Below, piece by piece: positions 36,901 to 43,669 of a DNA stretch of 57,704 bases. The position numbers were made by a program, and so were the translations under genes. The stretch covers positions 1 to 57,704 of the forward strand of contig JBDRJG010000022.1 in the NCBI GenBank assembly GCA_043815085.1, read 5' to 3'. Each line of letters starts with the position of its first letter. Position 1 is the first letter of the stretch. Origin of the DNA: Candidatus Iainarchaeum sp. (GTDB taxonomy: Archaea; Nanobdellota; Nanobdellia; Pacearchaeales; GW2011-AR1). Under the pieces are notes generated by a model. The model saw only the letters and a list, made by a program, of their open reading frames with translations, did no database searches and was not told the DNA's origin.

Positions 36901-37220
36901 TTAATCTTTCTTCTGAATCTCAAATAGCAACTTTAAATATAGGGGACATTAGAAGATTTGAACTTACAGGGGATGATTTTTATGATTTGAAAACAATTTT
37001 AAATTCAATAAATTCAACTTCAAATAAAGCAAATTTTACTTTGAAATCTATTTCAGAAGAAGTAACTCCTGAAACAGAAGCAGAAGAAACAGAAAAAGAG
37101 GGTTTAGCACAAGAAGAAAAAGAGAAAGAAAATAAAAATTTGCTGTGGTTGTATATAATTTTAGGTATTTTAGTAATTGCAGTTGTAGGATATTTCTTTT
37201 GGAAAGAGAAAAAAAGATAA
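30960..37220 (+). CDS. Giant (2086 aa) secreted Cys/Trp-rich repeat protein with C-terminal TM anchor
   Basis: Signal peptide MGDKRGVFLLGFVLVFFVLFVGDFVSA. Tandem ~35-45 aa units (CW..x..C..x..C.W..x..WC) span ~31041-34925. Two CxxxxDxDGDxLxDCxDxxC motifs lie at 33330-33410 and 35664-35741. The tail has a Ser/Gly linker, a shared beta domain, an acidic linker and a TM helix. Confidence 0.7.
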   Translation: MGDKRGVFLLGFVLVFFVLFVGDFVSAYCWDYNDDQITCDAQSDCRYHSESWGGWCEELNCWSLSSTECTNTTLTTAIDKNCQWKNPNDYGWCSQKSCWSFKGTNSTYCGNVSDHGLNCEWRAQCNGWNPDTNCWDLTTQNTCNNISGCYWGECADKGCWNYWDETTIDSNGYVCGNATGSRGLSCLWNSGSNYCYEPSCWDYGGSSSNESYCEDFAARGINCTWINNYYVKDSCEEASCWHYDYTNETWCENSTRSGLNCSWSNSSSMCMMTGCWNYASQGACQGDSACVWGTSTGSGWCEEIQCWSYDTWSGGNYTFCVNSTLNNGLTCQWTNDTYSETEFAGWCKPVLTESCANFTSERDCMDSYWCWWEYVNWNNVSLGGICKDPMWTEEGLTSADDIFIEWNPGCYIFDMNATECNYTVGCNYSNSLCNVVGNEDNLIFNITADDINTNGINCSLINNSQLCTNIPALSTCCEWSGVDCTSKLGKSCWENADREQQSLGVTACGDVGVQTSNANEGETLCQQITGYPLYMPCNWTNATKTCDFKASDVFGNRTQSFALIDNKKNCDASGGKWIQEFYCEGNRSVPAGRCEQKGTDERNCNKACFACEYDFNGAPHNSSNVAKEYCYDSNLGYCEFITDTSAPNGFGFCKSKEEFVNGIAGDCRYDCGDCTYYGNPNASTYSDARPDLIPSIPTTFDICNTPKCYCGYAKEFNNVTCKWVVDSASTEIGGYCVASSEKTCEDSCDRCYTQDNCLDNGRSSLNASGSCEWANDACTKRSGGDGVTEICWDGIDNDGDNLIDCGDSGCFADSFCGFVSGDCFGWTTQATCEASQLDSGLNCSWITDPWGSWCDFPGADCWKSDGNATACNLKNISCDWSGGTGSGWCEQDWSVGQDCYNLLSETACDVEGCTWTNDTWCSGEGADNEWCLNSAGGWCDPDAFAPKNCYQYTDNITVISSYVCGNKTGCYWSGSYCMEEGCWNFDGNSTLCNQQSNCAWEYSDWQGCQVDWSGNCWNFGANESYCQDNGCAWRNDSYNPVGWCDNNVSKCWDYITNATCGVDSNCMWNSEMWNWRTESYGSCDAACYNSNLTSSQCGVLTGCRWNDGWCMSNATYGGGTGGIDCWQYADNTTIIGTFVCGNATGCKWKNDGWCDPKGFSGGGCATGMGGGAQTGMECWKYDGNQTRCTNSSDINISCIWMPELRPFCEPDWSSDCWKYYDNITIDSAGYACGNVSGCYWQNTSEVQGYCANVFDQCWNSTYSDGANNDTAECDANPNCNWTTGSWDTYYQGTGWCEPSCFSATTEAGCTGSCRWMSGWCNTPGMYNMFGGMETGAPVMIAVDAIGDNTTSGEYLDLMGMGMRDMEGSFGFASGTRNFADAGICNNEKIGFSFGGTNNFGKGNATVRYYVYLDTDGSTTGGCALSDDSSVVGYEFFFKYISTYNTTLGKATETFNAQKCGSSGWVTADISLNAWKEKMCGEIQGPMIAVDKAALEKFPSLYNAEKDMRVYVSIAGADNNATSPSDIAGPGWVTPGAIDFSITGFFDLGASGATFEKILMGGGFVKYEDCYNIVDDDGDGLVDCADWDCEFTPHCESSGVNVVGYADTSMPRITGVKVEEYTDAALIFYTTNKPTNGTLTFWHNDSTCSVNNTMSRTIDDSTVLTSVRNFTLWHDAHIYNDTGVDSLDYNLSNDTTYYYKLKVCDSGNKCSVSACSSLRTASSIKCGYCNFVTIISPPLGWQVSYDLNTDGLYEHKQGLMCGPSAGMKTNYSSGRRANIKLNNSDGAEMLFYNVTLTKTGLTGDTRTINTAGDLIYDGAQTNSAGETVELVGMIAETRDKIINNLHPEVCKILIPNDDCGELWHCDDSGANCQRRDNATTDAPTGVVSGTSCLWTIPYCEFSTWASGQPGDTVTTTPPTTSGSGGSSGGGSSGGGATYIVSESQLTNGHSQELALNARFKMTVLNSTHYMKLIELTENTATINLSSESQIATLNIGDIRRFELTGDDFYDLKTILNSINSTSNKANFTLKSISEEVTPETEAEETEKEGLAQEEKEKENKNLLWLYIILGILVIAVVGYFFWKEKKR
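37111..37205 (+). repeat. 95-nt 3' cassette, copy B
   Basis: Identical to 30686-30780. Confidence 0.9.
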
Positions 37221-37251
37221 ACTATTTAATCTGTTTTATTTCTAAATTATA

Positions 37252-38472
37252 ATGATGGAAAGAAATTGGGTATTTGCTGATTTGCATATTCATTCGCGAT
37301 TTTCAAGAGCGTGCAGCAAGGATATTACAATAGAAAATCTTGAAAAATGGGCAAGAGTTAAGGGAATTGGTTTGCTTGGAACAGGAGATTTTACTCATCC
37401 TCTCTGGCTTAAAGAAGTAAAAGAAAAATTAATTGAGAAAGAAGGGATTTTATATTCAAAAAGTGGATTTAAGTTTTTATTGACAGGAGAGATTAGTTTA
37501 ATGTACACCCAGGGAAGAGGAAGGAGAGTGCATTTAGTTTTACTTGTTCCTGATTTTAAGACTGTAGATAAAATAAATGAATATTTTGATGGAAAAGGAA
37601 GAAGAGATTATGATGGGAGGCCCATATTTAAGATATCTTGTGAGCAATTTGTGAAGGACATGAAGGAAATTTCAGAAGATATTGAAATAATTCCTGCTCA
37701 TGTTTGGACTCCTTGGTTTGGAATCTTTGGGAGCATGACTGGTTTTGATAGTTTAAATGAAGCTTTTGGCGAACAAGAAAAGAATATTCATGCAATTGAA
37801 ACAGGGATGTCAAGCGACCCTGAGATGAATTGGCATTTATCTGAATTAAATAATAGGGCAATAGTTTCTTTTTCAGATTCCCATAGTTTTTGGCCTTGGA
37901 GAATTGGAAGAGAAGCAACTATTTTTGAAAAAGTAGACAACTATCAGGATATTATTGGCGCTATAAGAGAAAATAAAATTCTTGGAACAATTGAAACAGA
38001 GCCATCATATGGAAAATATCATTGGGACGGACATGCCAATTGTAATTTTTCAAGTTCCCCCGAAGAAAGTAAAAAATTAAGTGGAATTTGTCCTGTTTGT
38101 AATAAACCTCTTACTATAGGTGTTGCAAACAGAGTTTCTGAAATTGAAGATCAGGCAATAGAGAAAAATTCAAACAGAAAAAAATATTATGTTCTATTAC
38201 CTTTGCATGAATTAATAGCATTCAGTAAGGCTTCAACACTTTCTAGCAAAAAGACCTGGGAACTTTACAATAAGATTATTGGGAGATTTGGAAATGAATT
38301 TAATGTTTTATTGAATGTTTCAAAAGAAGATTTAATAGAGGAATTAAAAGATGATTTAAAATTAGTTCAATTAATTTTAGATAATCGTGAGGGAAAAATA
38401 AAAGTCAAGCCAGGATATGATGGTAAATATGGAGAACTTGTAGAAGGAGAGAAGCAGGTTAAATTGTTTTAA
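37252..38472 (+). CDS. endQ: Endonuclease Q (PHP-domain nuclease with zinc ribbon, COG1379-type)
   Basis: The N-terminus FADLHIHSRFSRACS...GLLGTGDFTHP closely matches EndoQ as I recall it. Zinc ribbon is CNF...CPVCNKP. Confidence 0.7.
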   Translation: MMERNWVFADLHIHSRFSRACSKDITIENLEKWARVKGIGLLGTGDFTHPLWLKEVKEKLIEKEGILYSKSGFKFLLTGEISLMYTQGRGRRVHLVLLVPDFKTVDKINEYFDGKGRRDYDGRPIFKISCEQFVKDMKEISEDIEIIPAHVWTPWFGIFGSMTGFDSLNEAFGEQEKNIHAIETGMSSDPEMNWHLSELNNRAIVSFSDSHSFWPWRIGREATIFEKVDNYQDIIGAIRENKILGTIETEPSYGKYHWDGHANCNFSSSPEESKKLSGICPVCNKPLTIGVANRVSEIEDQAIEKNSNRKKYYVLLPLHELIAFSKASTLSSKKTWELYNKIIGRFGNEFNVLLNVSKEDLIEELKDDLKLVQLILDNREGKIKVKPGYDGKYGELVEGEKQVKLF

Positions 38473-38612
38473 AAATATTTAGGGTTGTTTCTTGGAGCAT
38501 CTCTTATTTTTATGAATTTATAATGTGCTTCACTTGTCTTTTTGCCATTAATTTCCTCTTGTAAGGTATAAATCTTTTCCCCTTCAGAATTAATGTAAAA
38601 TTTAAGTTTCAT
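38469..38612 (-). CDS. nop10: H/ACA RNP protein Nop10, Cys-less (eukaryote-like) form; not in ORF track
   Basis: Hand translation: MKLKFYINSEGEKIYTLQEEINGKKTSEAHYKFIKIRDAPRNNPKYF. GxxIYTL and T..AH..F...D match Nop10. The ATG overlaps the upstream stop (ATGA), and it sits in the conserved aIF2-alpha neighbourhood. Confidence 0.6.
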   Translation of the reverse strand: MKLKFYINSEGEKIYTLQEEINGKKTSEAHYKFIKIRDAPRNNPKYF

Positions 38613-38998
38613 CCTAAATTTAGAATATATTCTTTTAATCTCGTCGGAAGTTTTTCATTAATTAGTTTTTCAACTTCTTTTGGTCTTACCCACTTCAATT
38701 CAGCAACTCTTTTTCCGGGCTTTTTTGAGCCCTCTGTCGCTTCGCATAGAAAGAATACCTGCAGTTCATCCTTTCCCTTTAATTTATTTCTTGCATAAAC
38801 TGCTCCAAGATTATGTATTCTATAACCTGTCTTTTCTGTGGTTATTCTTTTTAATCCTACATCCAATTCTTCATTATATTTTAAATCCCCTTCGAGAAAA
38901 CTAAGGTTTTTGTCTCCTTTATTCTTTCCTATCAAAATTCTCCTCGTCTTTGGATTAAAGAGTATTCCTATTATTTTAACTTTGAATTTATCTGACAT
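38609..38998 (-). CDS. Nudix-fold protein with partly degenerate Nudix box
   Basis: GDLKYNEELDVGLKRITTEKTGY fits Gx5Ex7R, but the REUxEE core reads RITTEK. Confidence 0.55.
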   Translation of the reverse strand: MSDKFKVKIIGILFNPKTRRILIGKNKGDKNLSFLEGDLKYNEELDVGLKRITTEKTGYRIHNLGAVYARNKLKGKDELQVFFLCEATEGSKKPGKRVAELKWVRPKEVEKLINEKLPTRLKEYILNLG

Positions 38999-38999
38999 T

Positions 39000-39707
39000 T
39001 TATTTTTCTTTTAGCTCAAAATAAACCCCCATTTCCTTTGCTTTTTTTTCTATTTTTTCAATTAAATTTTTTAGTTCTTGGTCTCCTCGCTTTATATCCT
39101 CATTTTCTATTTTAAGAGAGTATTTACCTGCTGCGAGGTACTTTATTTCTATGTTCGCAGATTTTTTAAGGATTTCCTTTACTAGTTCTATTCCATTCGG
39201 CTCCTGTGTTTTTAATATTATTATCTTTTTAACTATTGTTTTTTTCTTCTTTTGTTCTTGAATTATACTTAAAATTTTTTTGGAATCCCCTTTACCTACT
39301 AAATTTTCAAGTTCTTTTGGATTTTCTTTTGCTTTCTCCAAGAAATCATATAACCTCTCTTTTTTATTTATAATCTCAATTATCTCGCTTGATTTTTCTT
39401 TCAAAACACTCCTTAAAATATTATTATAGCTTCTTTCTTGATTATATTCCTCCAAAACTTCTTTTCTTTCTTTTTGCGTGACTCTTCTCAATGAGAGGGA
39501 GATTGTATCTCCCGTTATTCTTAAGACTTTACATACTATCTTTTTCTTTGGAATTACATGCTCTCTTAAATTTCTTATTCTTCCTGGAGCAATTTCACTT
39601 AGAACTATGCTTCCTCCCTTTTCCTCGTTTTCTATTTTAACAAATACTACTGTTCCTACTATTCTGTCCACTGTGCAAAATACAATATCTCCTTCCTCTA
39701 ATACCAT
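39000..39707 (-). CDS. eif2a: Translation initiation factor aIF2 alpha subunit
   Basis: N-terminal S1 domain (EGDIVFCTVDRIVGTVVFVKI...LSLRRVT), a helical middle region, and a C-terminal alpha/beta part (IKYLAAGKYSLKIE). Confidence 0.75.
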   Translation of the reverse strand: MVLEEGDIVFCTVDRIVGTVVFVKIENEEKGGSIVLSEIAPGRIRNLREHVIPKKKIVCKVLRITGDTISLSLRRVTQKERKEVLEEYNQERSYNNILRSVLKEKSSEIIEIINKKERLYDFLEKAKENPKELENLVGKGDSKKILSIIQEQKKKKTIVKKIIILKTQEPNGIELVKEILKKSANIEIKYLAAGKYSLKIENEDIKRGDQELKNLIEKIEKKAKEMGVYFELKEK

Positions 39708-39757
39708 AAAAATTAAAGAAAACCTTCTGTTTTAAAGGTTGTGATTTGAGGTTAATT

Positions 39758-40465
39758 TTAACAAGACCACATGGCTTCAAAATAATTTTTGTAAGTTTCG
39801 TATAAATTTTTGTCTTTGATTAAAGTTATATAAATTTTCTCATTTTGGAGAGATTGTATTGCAACTTTATTTGAATAGATTATTGTGGTAACTTTTGCAT
39901 TATATTTATCTTCAAGATATTTTATTTTCACAAAATTTTTTGGCAATTTTTTTAATAATTTTTCAGAGTTTTTATTTGCAATATATCTTGCTTTTATCCC
40001 TTTTTTCTCACATAATTTTATAAAATGCGGGAATTCAAAATCTAAAATTTCAAAAGCAAGTCCAGTTACTCCAAAAGCCAAAACTTCTCTTGCATTATTT
40101 AATATATCCTGATAAAATGTTTTTAATCCTTCTTTACCCTCATAGATTTCTATTTTAAACAATTCTTCATTTTGCTGAAATGATTCTAATTTAGGAAGAA
40201 TAGAAATTATTTTTTTCTTTTTTGTTTCTAATATTTCAACTAATTTTTTTGGAGATGCTGGTTGATAATATCTTTTTGAATTTTTTATTGTATAACTTAC
40301 TAATCCTAGTTTCATTAAATTTTCTAATTCCAAATATGCAGTAGTCCTGTTTATTTTTGTTAACTTTGCAATTTTAGAAGCTGTCTGGGATCTTTCTTTT
40401 AACAATTCCAAATAAATTTTTACCTCTTTTCCGTTTAATCCAATCTCTTTTAGTATTTCTTCCAT
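39758..40465 (-). CDS. TrmB-family transcriptional regulator
   Basis: N-terminal wHTH LGLNGKEVKIYLELLKERSQTASKIAKLTKINRTTAYLELENLMKLGLV plus a C-terminal TrmB-like domain. Confidence 0.75.
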   Translation of the reverse strand: MEEILKEIGLNGKEVKIYLELLKERSQTASKIAKLTKINRTTAYLELENLMKLGLVSYTIKNSKRYYQPASPKKLVEILETKKKKIISILPKLESFQQNEELFKIEIYEGKEGLKTFYQDILNNAREVLAFGVTGLAFEILDFEFPHFIKLCEKKGIKARYIANKNSEKLLKKLPKNFVKIKYLEDKYNAKVTTIIYSNKVAIQSLQNEKIYITLIKDKNLYETYKNYFEAMWSC

Positions 40466-40548
40466 AACATTTGTTCTATTTAGTTTTATTTAAATGTTGT
40501 TATTTTATGACAACATTATTTTATTTAGTTGACAATACATCCCTATTT

Positions 40549-41010
40549 ATGAAAACAATCAAAAATGTGGAATATGTTCTTAAAGAAATAAATGCTCCAA
40601 GATTTCATTATTTGAAGGGTGATGCTTTTTATGAACAAATAGAAAAAACCTACAAATTAACTGCTATAGCGAGATTTCCCGCAACAGAAGAATATCCATC
40701 TGTTTATGATAGAAATAAGGAAGGAATTAAAAATCCTCATGTTAATGTAGCAGATTCGTTACATGCTATTTGGAATTCAGTGCATTTAATTTCTAGAGAG
40801 GTTAAAAGAAAATCTACTTTTGCAGTTAAAGTTTTAGATGAAAGACTTTATGGAATAATTCCTGCTAATGTTGATTTGGAAATTTCTGTTTTAGTGAAGG
40901 ATATTCGAAATATTAACAATAAAATCTTTAGTGAATATAAAGGAATTATCTTTTTGGATGGAAAAAAATTGTTTGAACGTTCTGGAATTGGAACTAGTGA
41001 GGAAAGATAA
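40549..41010 (+). CDS. Hypothetical protein
   Basis: 153 aa from the ATG at 40549. The track's N-terminal extension from 40471 is hydrophobic junk overlapping the divergent promoter. No family recognised. Confidence 0.4.
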   Translation: MKTIKNVEYVLKEINAPRFHYLKGDAFYEQIEKTYKLTAIARFPATEEYPSVYDRNKEGIKNPHVNVADSLHAIWNSVHLISREVKRKSTFAVKVLDERLYGIIPANVDLEISVLVKDIRNINNKIFSEYKGIIFLDGKKLFERSGIGTSEER

Positions 41011-41016
41011 TAAAAA

Positions 41017-42354
41017 TTATATTTTTATTAATTCAATCTCTAAATTTTTTTTAAGTAAATCCACGAACTCTTTTTCTTTTTCTTGATTGATTATGCATCC
41101 CGCAGCATGTTCGTGGCCTCCAATCTCTCCACCTGTAGAATTAGTTATTATCTCTAAAAGTCCTCTTAGGTTTCTTCCTCTTTTCCCAACTGTTCTTGCA
41201 GAAATCTTTATTTTATCTTCATAATATGCCATTGTTATTATTATTGTGCCTTCTTCATAAATGGAAGAATTTGAAATTATACTGGCTATTGTCCCTATCA
41301 TAGTGTCTTTAATGTTATCCTGTGCATTTATTATAACAAATCCTTTTCCCTCTATTTTTTCAGTTTCAGTAACAAAATTTAACCCGCTAATTATATTTTG
41401 TTTGTATTTGATGTGAGTTAGTTCAACATTTTTCTTTGAGGAAGGAATTTCAAGGCAGTATTGTATTGCAAGTTCTGGTTTTCCTGAACGAGAGCAGGCA
41501 TTTATTATTGCACTTAAATCTCTAGCATCCTCTATTTTATTAAACATTTTTATAAGAAAGATATCTCCAACAAGATCTTTATTTTTTATTTTAGGATTTC
41601 TAAGAAGTATAGCTGTTGTTAAATCTTTCATCTCTTTTTCATTTAGTTCCATTATACTTTTGTATTTTCCTTTTTCAGGAGTCAATCCCGCTTCTCTCAG
41701 TAATTCTAAAACTCCTTTTATATTCCCTGTTACTTCTGGAATATATGGATTAGAAGAATATTCAAGAACCCTATTTATTGGGCGTGTGGAAGGGTAAATA
41801 AGGAGTCCTCTTTTTCTTTGAACCTCGCTTTCCTCAAGTATTCCGTTATTAAGAGAATCAATATCTTTTTCTAGACAATCCCCTATCATTCCCAATATTG
41901 CAAGTTTTGAAAGTTCTTTTATTTCAGGATTTATTTGTTTACAAAATAGGTAAGTTAATCCAGAACCACTTATTTTTTGTTTATTTATCAAATGAGGATT
42001 TATTATTCTTACATTTTCAGGGACTTTATGAGTTATCTCGTGATGATCTATTATAAAAACATTATTTAGATTTGCTTTCTCTATATGGTGAAGACTTCCA
42101 GAGGCTAAATCTAAGAAGAGTATTAATTTTTCCTTTGGGAGTTCACTTATAAATTTCTCATCCAAACTTTTTATTATCTTCACAGAAAATCTCTTATCTA
42201 ATTTTTTGAGGGTGTGAACCATTATGCTTGCAGAAGTTATTCCATCTGTATCAAAATGACTTATTATATAAGCCTCTTGATTATCCAATTTCTTCATGAA
42301 GTCTTCAACAAATGACTTAATTTCTTTTTCTAAAATTTCATCCTCTTTTTTCAT
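41017..42354 (-). CDS. recJ: DHH/DHHA1 phosphoesterase, archaeal RecJ/GAN (Cdc45-like) nuclease
   Basis: Motifs SHFDTDGITS, IIDHH and GGHEHAAG. It lies next to rps15, as in many archaea. Confidence 0.8.
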   Translation of the reverse strand: MKKEDEILEKEIKSFVEDFMKKLDNQEAYIISHFDTDGITSASIMVHTLKKLDKRFSVKIIKSLDEKFISELPKEKLILFLDLASGSLHHIEKANLNNVFIIDHHEITHKVPENVRIINPHLINKQKISGSGLTYLFCKQINPEIKELSKLAILGMIGDCLEKDIDSLNNGILEESEVQRKRGLLIYPSTRPINRVLEYSSNPYIPEVTGNIKGVLELLREAGLTPEKGKYKSIMELNEKEMKDLTTAILLRNPKIKNKDLVGDIFLIKMFNKIEDARDLSAIINACSRSGKPELAIQYCLEIPSSKKNVELTHIKYKQNIISGLNFVTETEKIEGKGFVIINAQDNIKDTMIGTIASIISNSSIYEEGTIIITMAYYEDKIKISARTVGKRGRNLRGLLEIITNSTGGEIGGHEHAAGCIINQEKEKEFVDLLKKNLEIELIKI

Positions 42355-42373
42355 TTTAATTTTAAGAATTTAA

Positions 42374-42715
42374 TTATTCTATTTTCAAATATTTCTTAAT
42401 TTTTCTAATACTAGAGAATATTCGACTTCTCTCTCTCATAGCTCTTTTATCTTGTTTATTTTTTTGAGAATGTTTCTCTATTTTGCTTAATTTTTCTTCC
42501 ATATTTTTTAATTCCGGGTCTATATATTTTTCTCCCAGAATTTTAGAAATCCTTTTTTCATACTCTTTCGGATGAATTTTCTGCTTTCTCAGCGCTTCCC
42601 CTATTTTTTCTGCAGTCAAACCTTTCTCAGCCAGTTCAATCACTTTTTTTTCATATTCTTCTTGAGATAACCTTTTAGGATTTTCTTCTTGTTTTTTTGC
42701 TAATTTCTTAGGCAT
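42374..42715 (-). CDS. rps15: 30S ribosomal protein S15 (uS15)
   Basis: 113-aa basic ORF. The C-terminal part HSQKNKQDKRAMRERSRIFSSIRKIKKYL matches the uS15 signature region. Confidence 0.8.
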   Translation of the reverse strand: MPKKLAKKQEENPKRLSQEEYEKKVIELAEKGLTAEKIGEALRKQKIHPKEYEKRISKILGEKYIDPELKNMEEKLSKIEKHSQKNKQDKRAMRERSRIFSSIRKIKKYLKIE

Positions 42716-42818
42716 TCTAATAGTTCGTAAAATGGTTTTTTAAAGCTTGTTGTTTCCTTTTGATTGATTAAGAAAAGTCTGGCTAAAATTATTTAAACCG
42801 ATATATATTTTAGAGTAT

Positions 42819-43613
42819 ATGGGTAAAACTATAGGAATCTTTTCATTAAAAGGAGGAGTTGGAAAAACCACTGTTGTTATTTCTTTAGGTTCAGCAATTG
42901 CCAGCTTCGGAAAAAAAGTTCTTTTGGTAGATGGAAACTTGTCTGCACCCAATCTGGGGATTTCCTTGGAAATTATTAATCCAGAATTTTCCCTTCAAGA
43001 TGTTTTAGAAAGAAAAGCCCACCCTTCGCAAGCAGTCCATAAATTAGGGAATTTTGATGTTCTTCCTGCCGGAGTTTTTAGTAATTTAAATGCAAATCCC
43101 ATGCAGATTAAAGATAAACTTGGACATTTAAAGAGGACTTATGATTACATTTTAATTGATTCTTCTCCTGCATTAAATGAAGAGACTCTTGGAGCTATGG
43201 TTGCTTCAGATGAAATTTTGGTTGTGACTACACCGGATTATCCAACATTAAATTCAACATTAAAATCAGTTCAATTAGCTAAGCAGAGGGGGACGCCTAT
43301 TTCTGGATTGATTTTAAATAAGGTGTATGATAAAAAGTTTGAAATTCCTTTGAAAGATATTGAGAGGACTTTAGATTTACCTGTGATGGCAGTCATACCC
43401 CACGACATTAATTTCTCAAAGGCACTCTCAAAATTTACCTCTTCTGTTGATTTTAAACCTAATTCAGAAGCAAGTGAAGAGTATAGGAAGTTAGCTGCAA
43501 CATTAATTGGCGAAAATTATAAACCAATTAAATTAAGGCATTTCTTAAGGTGGATGAATCCCCAAAAGCAGGATGTAAATAGAACTATTTTTTATAACCG
43601 GGTTTTCGGATAA
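42819..43613 (+). CDS. minD: MinD/ParA-family P-loop ATPase
   Basis: Deviant Walker A SLKGGVGKTT and Walker B ILIDSSP. Confidence 0.8.
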   Translation: MGKTIGIFSLKGGVGKTTVVISLGSAIASFGKKVLLVDGNLSAPNLGISLEIINPEFSLQDVLERKAHPSQAVHKLGNFDVLPAGVFSNLNANPMQIKDKLGHLKRTYDYILIDSSPALNEETLGAMVASDEILVVTTPDYPTLNSTLKSVQLAKQRGTPISGLILNKVYDKKFEIPLKDIERTLDLPVMAVIPHDINFSKALSKFTSSVDFKPNSEASEEYRKLAATLIGENYKPIKLRHFLRWMNPQKQDVNRTIFYNRVFG

Positions 43614-43638
43614 TTTTGATTTAAAACATTAAAAAAAG

Positions 43639-43646
43639 CTTATAAA
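43639..43646 (+). promoter_or_regulatory. TATA box CTTATAAA
   Basis: Ends 23 nt upstream of ATG 43670, which argues against the track start at 43646. Confidence 0.4.
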
Positions 43647-43669
43647 TGGTTCCTTATCTTGTATTTTAT

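Noticed and set aside
42740-42952. A 70-aa minus-strand ORF across the rps15/minD divergent promoter.
   Set aside because: It overlaps the Walker-A-encoding 5' end of minD in antisense, and no independent signal supports it.
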